NCBI GenBank assembly: GCA_030141605.1
Contig: JAQGDQ010001066.1
Span: 1-64,000 of the forward strand
Origin: Tubiluchus corallicola
Taxonomy: Eukaryota; Animalia; Priapulida
Length of the DNA: 64,000 bases
Direction of reading: 5' to 3'
Shown here in pieces: positions 43,986-54,800 of this stretch (position 1 is its first letter; every line of letters starts with the position of its first letter). Made by a program: the position numbers and the translations under genes. A model generated the notes under the pieces. It searched no databases, was not told the DNA's origin, and saw only the letters and a program-made list of their open reading frames with translations.

Positions 43986-45259
43986 CTCAATCAGTAGACA
44001 ACAAATAAAGAAAGAAAGTCCAGACTAACTTCACACAGGAACAGCTAAATTATCGCTGGAAACTATTTTACTCAGTTGTAGAAAATCCTACTGCAGGCAG
44101 TATACAATGCACATTACTGTCTGTACGGAAGTATGTAATATCCTAGATTAAATGACTGGATTGAATCAGCAATTTTGCTATGTTATCTGACGAATGCACG
44201 TGCGCATGTGCAATGGCTTATTTCCTTGGCAAGGGGAATTTGGTTTAAAAGGACAAGAAAACGGGTACCTGAAGTAGGTTACAGAAAAATCGCCTTAAAA
44301 ATTACATTACTTTGCAGCATTTTTATGCGTATATCATGTTTGTGTGGAAAGGAATTTTTTGTCTTCATTTTAAATCTCTTGCAATACTGTTCCAATACTA
44401 CTCACTACGCAACGTAATTTAGGGGAAGAAAAGGAAATGTTAAATTACGTCCCAAGATCTTTCCATGCAAATCTATATTACTTAGCATTTTACTTATCTG
44501 CTGGAAAGACATATGTAGCTAGACTAATAATTTAAAATTTTTGTGCCAATTGGTAAAATGTCGCTGACTCACACTCCAGGGCGCGCCACTCACTAGTCAA
44601 AAAGGTATTTTTAATCTTGATGAAAAGACACAGTAATTTAAAATTTTACTTAGTTAGCAAGATGTGCGCTACGAACACTCTGAATATTTTTTCAACCTTT
44701 ACTTAATGTTATCAAAACTTGTTTCAAACGATCTACCATTAAAATGGCTGCGCCTAACAGTCATCGCGGAAGTTTAAAAATATATAAGTTTATACAGATT
44801 TTACGGCCGATGCAAGCCATGCATACGAAAATGTAGTAAGTAAGTGGTATATAATTTCAAGACAAATTTTTTAAGCTTCGTGTAAGTGCAGGGTTTTCTT
44901 GTGCTTTCGATTTTGAAATATGCAGCATTTTGATGTTTAGGATCAGCACGATACATTTTTCCTTAAATATTTCTTGTACACATAATCTGCAAGAAATGTG
45001 AAACCAAAATTCTGCCAACTGTTTAGTTTATGCAATCTTATTTTACCGTCCTTGGACGCTATTGTAAAACTAATTCAAAACATCCTCTGGTTACAAAGAT
45101 AATACAATTTTGACGTACGAAAGCCAAGGCGTACAATTAGTTCTTATGCAACGTTTTAATAAATAACGGTAGTGATAGTCGCAATCTAATAAGTATGAGG
45201 CAAACGATTGAGTTGTAACATAATGTTATCAACTGAACATAATAAATTTAGTTTAAGTT

Positions 45260-46300
45260 AAAATGTTTATTGCTAAATAAATTAGAACATTATGGCATTA
45301 ATCCCAGCTTGAAATAATTAAATAATATTTACAAAGTAGGAAACAATTTACTTTCATCAATAACTCTTACTCGGAAATTACAGATGCCACAAGGATCTGC
45401 CCTTGGCCCTTTATTTTTCTTAATGTATATTAACGATATTTCTAATTGTTCCAATTTTCAAATCCGCCTACTTGCTTACGACACAAATCTTTTTCTAGAA
45501 GAGACTAACGTAACTAGATTATTACTTAAAGTCAATGCAGAACTAACAAAAATGGATGGAATTCCTGGATGCAGCAAATAAGCTCAAAGTTACTTATGTT
45601 AAAGCAAAATATATGTTAATCTCTAGCCACCTTGCACTATTCCTATCGACTTTTGTATTTCCATGTGAAATCACAATCTCACCACGACAGACAACTTTAA
45701 ATATCTTGGACTACACATTACTAGGACAGTCCATATAAAATCAATATTTTATAAACTAACTAAACTTATCGTTTTTTCTGCAAACTAAGGTATTTTCATG
45801 ATATTGGTACTCTTAGAATGCTGTACAATTCCCTTAATTTCATTATTGCATATTTTGCTGGGACTCAACCAATTTAACTACTTTAAAACCTTTAAAAAGT
45901 GTGCAAAATAAATTAGTAAAAATTATAACATTTGCTGGCTGTCGCGATCATGCCACTCCGCCATTTATTAAATTACAACTGTTAAGAATTAAAGACATTC
46001 ACGAATTGGAATTGATTATACTTATGTATCGATATGAAAAATAATTTACTGAAATATTTAAATGTTACTTTAAGCCACTTACTGAATTCCACCAATAACA
46101 TACTATATCAGCAGACAATCGCAATTATTTTAACTCAAGGTATGATTCAACTCATGGAATAACTTAATCAAATTTCAAGCCGTAAAAATCTGGAATTCAT
46201 TAGATGACGGTATTAAAATATGCAAATCCATTGTCAGTTTAAGTGGAAAAAGTTACCAAATTACTCCTGTCTAATTATACTAGGTGACGTACTTATTCTG
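45260..46300 (+). mobile_element. Degraded CR1/L2-group LINE RT fragment (duplicated at about 63770-64000)
   Basis: KLEHYG and PQGSALGPLFFLMYINDI...LLAYDT (degenerate PQGS/FADD) motifs with frameshifts. Confidence 0.75.
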
Positions 46301-46362
46301 ATACTAATTACATTTATCTAATCAATGGCTAACTATATTTACAAAGCTATAATTGCTATATT

Positions 46363-46510
46363 GCCCTCTGCTCTGGTACCATACAGGGCAGTTAACCCGG
46401 CTGCTGGTAGTTAGAGTCTCCTTCTCTAGTCTACACAGTGGCAACTCTTGTCTGGCGCGTCCAAGTCGCGGGGGTGGAGGCTGCTTAGGCAGTTACCAAG
46501 TTCAGGCAAG
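46363..46510 (+). ncRNA. HDV-like self-cleaving ribozyme at the 5' end of the RTE element
   Basis: P1 GCCCUC(46363-68)/GGGGGU(46470-75) with G1-U wobble; P2 CUUGUCUGG/UCAGGCAAG; P3 GCG/CGC with L3 UCCAAGU; GG for P1.1; P4 GGCUGC-UUAG-GCAGUU; J4/2 ACCAA. Confidence 0.72.
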
Positions 46511-49500
46511 GACCCAATGTCGCGGGGTATAACGCTTCACCCTGGTCAGGGTTACGACCGAAGACCCCAACAGTGGATCAGGCGGAAGTGAACCATGTTT
46601 AGTTCTCAACGGCTGAGATGGCGGATGAGGGCAATGCCATGCGGGCTGGCTAGAAGGCATCTCTCAAAATACTGGAAGAATGGCAGCCTGCTGCGACTTT
46701 CAAGGAAATCCTGTCTGTCTACCCCCAGGAGCCACAGAAATTGATCCGAAAGCCAATTGTGTGGGCTTCTACCCGGCAAGTAATTGCCCACCTTAATCAA
46801 TCTCACGCCAATGGCCACCTTTCGGTCAAATAAAACTCAAGCCCAACTTCGATGGGATAAGGGTGACGGGAGCAGGTTTGGTTAAACTGGAAGCTCTTAG
46901 CCTCGACCTGCACGTAGGCGGCAAGTGTGTGATGGTCGCCTTCTTGAGAAACTGTGACTACTCAAGGATCCGGTCCTGCACTTGTGACTGGGCAGGCCTT
47001 TTCAGGACCACCTCAAATGAGGAAGGCCCTAGAAAACTTGGGCTAGACTTCGGAAGTCACTTTTTTGCCTGGCTGGACTACCGCACCCAGCGGGTTACCC
47101 ACTTCTGCGGGCGAAATAAAAAGGAAAATAATCTTAAAACTACCGTACTAACTATTGNNNNNNNNNNNNGGACACTTCTGGATCGCAAAAATTCGGATAG
47201 ACCTGAACGACGGACAGCCCTAGTTGCTAAAGAGCTTGCCAGATTCAACATTGATATAGCTGCTCTCAGTGAAACACGGATTTCTGAAGAAGGGCAGCTT
47301 GAGGAGACTGGTGCTGGATACACCTTCTTCTGGAAGGGAAAAGACCAAGAGGAACGGAGGAACCACGGAGTGGGCTTTGCCATTAGGAGTCAACTGGTCA
47401 GAAACCATAACATGGCTCCAAAAGGCATCAACGAACGACTTATGACTCTTCGTGTGCCTCTCCCAGAGAATAACTTTGCCACCTTGATTTCTGCCTACGC
47501 TCCAACATTGGATGCTCAAGATGATGTCAAGGAAACTTTCTACCAACAACTAAGCGACACCATCTCCCAAGTTCCAGCGAGGGACCGCCTTCTACTCTTG
47601 GGAGACTTTAATGCTAGAGTGGGCAAAGACAATCTCCTCTGGGAAAACATTATTGGAAAACAGGGCATTGGTAACTGTAATGCAAATGGACTCCTCCTCC
47701 TTGGCCTTTGTGCTGAGCATGAGCTTTTCATCACTAATACCCAATTTCGGCTTCCTAACCGTTTCAAAACAACATGGAGACACCCTCGGGCTAAATTATG
47801 GCATACCCTTGACTATGTCATTGTCAAACAACAGCATAAGAAGGATGTTTTGGTTACTAGGAGCTTGCTCGGTGCTGATGACTGTTGGACAGACCACTGT
47901 CTTCTGATCAGCAAAATAAGAATGAGTCTGCATCGAAAACCAAGAACTCGCATCAACAACCAGGCTAGAAGAAGATATGACACCAGTAAACTAACAAGCC
48001 CAACCACGTCTCAAAACTATAGAGATGCGCTCAATCAAAAGATAACTGCAAACCAAGTTAATACCTCACTAGACTCAGAATGGACTAATCTACGCACGGC
48101 TATGGAAGAGGCAGCCCAAGGCACAATTGGACTCCAAGGAAGGAAGCATCAAGACTGGTTTGACTCCCATGACCAAGAAATCGCTGCTCTCATTGATGCC
48201 AAGCGAAAAGCCAGGATAGACCATGAGCAGCATCCCCTGTCATTCGAGAAGAAAGTCAGGTTCCAACAACTGAAAAGCCAATGTCAGTCCAGAATGAGGG
48301 AGCTCCAAAACAACTGGTGACAACAGAAGGCAGAAGAACTTCAACATCATGCAGATTGCAGAGACCTTAGAAGTTTCTACGCAGGCACCAAGGAGATCTA
48401 TGGTCCAAGAAGAACATCAGTGGGAACTCTTATGTCAGCCGACAACACCACCCTCTTGACCGAGAGCCAAGATATTCTGGACCGATGGAAACAGCACTTT
48501 AATACCTTGCTAAACCGGAACTCAACGACAGCAGCTGACTTCCTAAGGAATGTTCCACAGCATCCCCTGCAACCCCAGTTATCGGTTCCACCCAACTTTA
48601 TTGAGTTTGAAACAGCCATTAAGCGTATGCCTCGAGGGAAGGCTGCTGGACCCGACAATATCCAAGTGGAACTCATCAGTCATGGTGGACCTGCTCTCAA
48701 GAACCGACTGTTCAACCTGATGCTTCAAATGTGGGAAGCAAAACGAGTCCCAGATGACTTGAAAAACGCACTCATTGTCACTATCTTTAAAAAGGGGGAT
48801 CGCAACCTGTGTGGAAACTACAGGGGGATATCATTGCTTTCAATTGCCGGAAAGATTCTGTCAAGAATTATCTTGAACCGTCTTCAGGAGGTTGCAGAAA
48901 GGATCATACCTGAATCTCAGTGTGGGTTCCGAGCTTTACGTGGGACCATTGATATGATCTTCTGTGCGCGACAACTGCAGGAAAAGGCCCGCAAGCAGTG
49001 GAAGCCTCTCTTCCTCGTGTTCTATGACTTAGAAAAAGCCTATGACAGCATTCCGAGAGAAGCCATGTGGGCTGTCCTGCAACGTTTTGGTCTTCCAGAT
49101 GACTTCATCAAGATGATACAAGCTATGTATGATGGTATGACGGCACGTGTTATCAACCAAAACACTATCTCAGAAGAGTTCCCAATCACTTGTGGACTAA
49201 AACAAGGCTGTGTCCTCGCACCAACGCTCTTTTCACTCTATCTCACTGCTATGCTTCATGACTTTCCACCAGACAATCCAGGGGTGGAATTGAGATGCCG
49301 CTTTGATGGGGGGCTCTTCAATCTGTCGCGTTTTCGAGCCAGGAACCGCACCACAACCTTCAGAGTGACAGAGCTGCAATATGCGGATGACAATGCGGCA
49401 CCAGCCCACTCAGCCAATCACCTGCAACAATCAGTCAGCAACTTCTGTGACGCATATTCTCGCTTTGGCCTTACAGTCAACATAGGAAAAACCAAAGTTA

Positions 49501-50330
49501 TTGTAATATTTATGTAATATTTCCATTAATGGTGCAGATCTAGAATGTGTTGAACATTTCCCGTACCTGGGCAGCCTACTCGCCGTCCAGTGCAACTCAA
49601 CAAAGGATGTGGAAAATAGGCTTAGAGCTGCCCATGCCGCTTTCGGCAGACTCTCAACCCGTGTCTTTGGTAATGCTCATCTAACTCGTCGAACCAAGCT
49701 GATGGTCTATAATGCCATTGTCGTTTCCACACTCCTTTACGGATGTGAAACATGGACTCTGTACCGCCAAGACCTGAAAAAACTCGAACAGTTCCACCAG
49801 AAAAAGCTTTGCTCAGTTTCCAACATCAGATGGGATGATTATGTCACCAATAATTCAGTTCTCGAGAGATTCAACACCACTAGTATAGAAGCTATGATTA
49901 CGAAACATCGGCTAAGGTGGGCAGGTCATGTAGCACGTATGGACGAAAACAGACTGCCCCGAAGGATCCTCTTCAGTGAGCTGAGCTCTAGGCGCTGCTA
50001 CAAGGACCAACTAAAAGAAACCGTGCAATCAGCAAGGATCGATCCAGAAACCTGGGAACAGACAGCGTGGCAGCGAACAAAGTGGAGAAGAGTCATCCAG
50101 GAAGGGACTGAGCATTTTGAAACAACCAGACGAGCAGCAATTGAAGCCAAACGTCAACGAAGGAAAGAGAAGTCCCGTCAACCTCAGGTAACTCCCACCA
50201 TCCAATGTGACAAATGCACCAGAATGTTTCGAGCAAAGATCGGTCTGTTAAGCCACCAACGTGCCCACCACAGCTAGTAACTTTGACCGAAAGGACAATA
50301 CTCGGAAACGAGTGAAAGCCGACGACGACG
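46363..50330 (+). mobile_element. Full-length but inactivated RTE-clade (BovB-like) non-LTR retrotransposon: APE endonuclease, RT, C-terminal zinc finger
   Basis: TSD AATTGCTATATT (46351-46362, 50331-50342); EN motifs LSETR, GDFNA, LDY, TDH; RT motifs KQGCVLAP and YADD; CxxC..H..H at the end; (GAC)n tail; nonsense TGA at 48318, lesion near 49500, assembly N gap at 47158-47169. Confidence 0.93.
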
Positions 50331-50342
50331 AATTGCTATATT

Positions 50343-50353
50343 ATTATTGTTGT

Positions 50354-50430
<77 letters not shown>

Positions 50431-50533
50431 TTGCTGCTGTTACTGCTGTTGCTGCTGCTGTTGCTGCTGTTTTTGCTGCTGTTGCTGCTGTTGTTGCTGC
50501 TGTTGTGGCTGCTGTTGCTGCTGTTGTTTTTGC

Positions 50534-50565
<32 letters not shown>

Positions 50566-50666
50566 TTGTTTTATGAAATTGTGTTTTTACTACAGGTCAT
50601 GCGGGTCTTTTCAGAATAACGTTCGTTTTCTGCTCTCTCTTTTTTTATTAAACAAAATATGCTCTA

Positions 50667-50727
<61 letters not shown>
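50343..50727. repeat. (CTG/TTG)n and (TA)n microsatellites next to the RTE 3' TSD
   Basis: Direct inspection. Confidence 0.93.
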
Positions 50728-50735
<8 letters not shown>

Positions 50736-51851
50736 CTTGATAACCTCTCTCCCCCCGCTCTCTCTCTCTCTCCCTCTTCCTCTTGCTTTCATCTTGTCTA
50801 AACACCATGAAACGAACGAAATAATTCGGAATCACAGTAAAGGTCACACTGCCTAAGAGTGATAGTATTAAGTGGTCACCCATCAAATCAGTTGCCAGGC
50901 TTACGTTTGGTAGCCAGTCTCACGCCGTGGTTACTCACTATTGCGTACATGCGAAGGTCAACATGATTTATCATCTGATTGTTCTGATGTTACAAATCTA
51001 TTCTATTATTTTAACGAGCTGACCAAATTTTTTTTATCATATGATCCCTATTTTGTGAATACTGTAGTCAAAACAAACCACTTTTTATATCGTGTTACCT
51101 AACTGTGCTTTAGAAAAAATTAATTACGTTATCTGTGACTTATTTTCTATGAATTGATGGTTCTGCGAAGAAACTTTCTGCGAAATGGCAATTCTGGGAA
51201 AAATCTTTTCTGGGAAGTAAATTTGTCTGGCAAAAAATCTTGTGGCAAAATACTTCTGGGAAAAATCCTTTCAGGGAAACGAGTCTACGGCTTCTATTGC
51301 ACACGTAAAATACTAATGTTATACAGTGCTTGTACATATATCTACAGCAATGAAATTTCGCACCACATAATCTCAGAACTTGCACTGTTAAGGTCAAGAG
51401 GAGCCTTTACAGTGAGAGAATTTCTGATTCTATGTTTATATGTTACGTCCTTGTAACCAGATTTAAGCTATTTCAGAATCTATGTCAGGTACAGTCAGAA
51501 ATTCAGGGCTCGCAGTACACGGGAGAGATACTTAAGAGAGCAACCACGACGTATATTTTAGTTTTAAATCGATAGCACAAATTGAAGTGTGAAAACATGT
51601 AGTGGGTCAACTTTTCAGTATGAAGATTCTTTTTTCTTGTTTGTACTAAAGTAAAAATATTTGTGTAGGGTCCAATAGCGTAACATTAATAGTGAATTTG
51701 GGGCGTTCGATTCGATTCGAACGAGTTTTTTCCTGGAAAGTTCATTGTTGCTGCTTATTATCTTTTAACAATTTCGAATAGCTAAAAGAATGATGTCATT
51801 CATTTAGAATTAGGTGTTCTAAATGGTACATTTAGATTAAATGGTAGCAAA

Positions 51852-54800
51852 ATGAAGAAATTGTTTGCATCGCTATTTTTGTTGTATCTTTTTAAAAGCA
51901 CTTTAAGCACTAGACCCTGGAATATAAAATATCCAAATAATTTTAAAGTATTGTATCCGTATAAGGCTGGAAATCAAAACTATCGAGAGGAACTTCTAGC
52001 TCAAAACGTATCTATTATAGCTGAACCGATGCAGTACAATGACAACGGGTCCAACTCGCTCCTACGAGAAGTGTGTGTTACAAAAGATCCCAGTGACCCC
52101 AAGCAAGCGATATTCTTTGGTTTGCGGAACATGGACCTTCCATGTGGCAATGACGACTCAGTATACATATATTCGGCAAATTTAACATCAGGTAAGAAAG
52201 GGGCATCTGCCAATTTTTGTAACAAATACGTAAGCTGGTATCAAGTTTCAATAAAGACATCAATTAATTATCCAACAGTATGTGTTACCTTTGAAAGAAA
52301 TGAAGCAGCAACAAATCCTGCTGTTGAGGTACTAATCGAAGTCAGTCATCCTCCATCGTCCTGTGCAGAATGTGGAGACAACATTGCCCAATGCATATAT
52401 CAATACGAGACCAATTTTCCGTACTATAAATGCAGCTGCAACCGAAGCGTCATACAATGGATTGGGCCAGTCTGTGACGACCGAAGAAATCCTTGCTTCT
52501 CTATCCCATGTCAGAACTCTGGAACATGTCATAATTACTACAGTGCTTTTAATTGTACCTGCCCAGCTGGTTATGTTGATGAGTTGTGCAGCACATTTGA
52601 TCCTTGCTCTTCGACTCCATGTCAGAATGGTGGATCATGCACAAATATGCCGGACAAATACACTTGCTCTTGTGAAGAAGGATATGTTGGATATAATTGC
52701 GAGACATTTGACCCCTGTTCTTCAAATCCATGTCAAAGTGGTGGAACGTGCACAAATATGCCGGACAAATACACTTGCTCTTGTGAAGAAGGATATGTTG
52801 GATATAATTGCGAGACATTTGACCCCTGTTCTTCAAATCCATGTCAAAGTGGTGGAACGTGCACAAATATGCAGGACAAATACACATGCTCTTGTGAAAA
52901 AGGATATGTTGGATATAATTGCGAAACATTTGACCCCTGTTCTTCAAATCCATGTCAAAGTGGTGGAACGTGCACAAATATGCAGGACAAATACACATGC
53001 TCTTGTGAAGAAGGATATGTTGGAGATAATTGTGAAACATTTGACCCCTGTTCGTCAAATCCATGTCAGAGTGGTGGAACATGCACAAATATGCTGGACA
53101 AATACACGTGCTCTTGTGAAGAAGGATATGTTGGAGATAATTGCCAGACATTTGACCCCTGTTCTTCAAATCCATGTCAGAATGGTGGATCATGCACAAA
53201 TATGCCGGACAAATACACATGCTCTTGTAAAAAAGGATATGTTGGATATAATTGCGAGACATTTGACCCCTGTTCTTCAAATCCATGTCAGAATGGTGGA
53301 TCATGCACAAATATGCCGGACAAATACACATGCTCTTGTGAAGAAGGATATGTTGGATATAATTGCGAGACATTTGACCCCTGTTCTTCAAATCCATGTC
53401 AGAATGGTGGATCATGCACAAATATGCCTAACAAATACACATGCTCTTGTGAAGAAGGATATGTTGGATATAATTGCGAGACATTTGACCCCTGTTCTTC
53501 AAATCCATGTCAGAATGGTGGATCATGCACAAATATGCCGGACAAATACACATGCTCTTGTGAAGAAGGATATGTTGGAGATAATTGTGAAACATTTGAC
53601 CCCTGTTCTTCAAATCCATGTCAGAATGGTGCATCATGCACAAATATGCTGGACAAATACACATGCTCTTGTGAAGAAGGATATGTTGGATATAATTGCG
53701 AGACATTTGACCCCTGTTCTTCAAATCCATGTCAAAGTGGTGGAACGTGCACAAATATGCAGAACAAATACATTTGCTCTTGTGAAGAAGGATATGTTGG
53801 AGATAATTGTGAAACATTTGACCCCTGTTCGTCAAATCCATGTCAGAGTGGTGGAACATGCACAAATATGCTGGACAAATACACCTGTTCTTGTGAAGAA
53901 GGATATGTTGGAGATAATTGCGAGACATTTGACCCATGTTCTTCAAATCCATGTCAGAATGGTGGATCATGCACGAATATGCCGGACAAATACACATGCT
54001 CTTGTAAAAAAGGATATGTTGGATATAATTGCGAGACATTTGACCCCTGTTCTTCAAATCCATGTCAGAATGGTGGATCATGTACAAATATGCCAGACAA
54101 ATACACATGCTCTTGTGAAGAAGGATATGTTGGAGATAATTGTGAAGCATTTGACCCCTGTTCGTCAAATCCATGTCAAAGTGGTGGAACATGCACAAAT
54201 GTGCTGGACAAATACACATGCTCTTGTGAAGAAGGATATGTTGGAGATAATTGTGAAACATTTGACCCCTGTTCGTCAAATCCATGTCAGAGTGGTGGAA
54301 CATGCACAAATATGCTGGACAAATACACCTGTTCTTGCGAAGAAGGATATGTTGGAGATAATTGCGAGACATTTGACCCATGTTCTTCAAATCCATGTCA
54401 GAATGGTGGATCATGCACAAATATGTCGGACAAATACACGTGCTCTTGTGAAGAAGGATATGTTGGATATAATTGCGAGACATTTGACCCCTGTTCTTCA
54501 AATCCATGTCAGAATGGTGGATCATGTACAAATATGCCGGACAAATACACATGCTCTTGTCAAGAAGGATATGTTGGATATAATTGCGAGACATTTGACC
54601 CCTGTTCTTCAAATCCATGTCAAAGTGGTGGAACGTGCACAAATATGCAGGACAAATACACATGCTCTTGTGAAGAAGGATATGTTGGAGATAATTGTGA
54701 AACATTTGACCCCTGTTCGTCAACTCCATGTCAGAGTGGCGGAACATGCACAAATATGCTGGACAAATACACCTGTTCTTGTGAAGAAGGATATATTGGA

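Noticed and set aside
46863-50277. Active LINE, or programmed read-through at TGA 48318
   Set aside because: The TGA is most simply a TGG>TGA mutation, and a second lesion near 49500 breaks the RT-downstream region.
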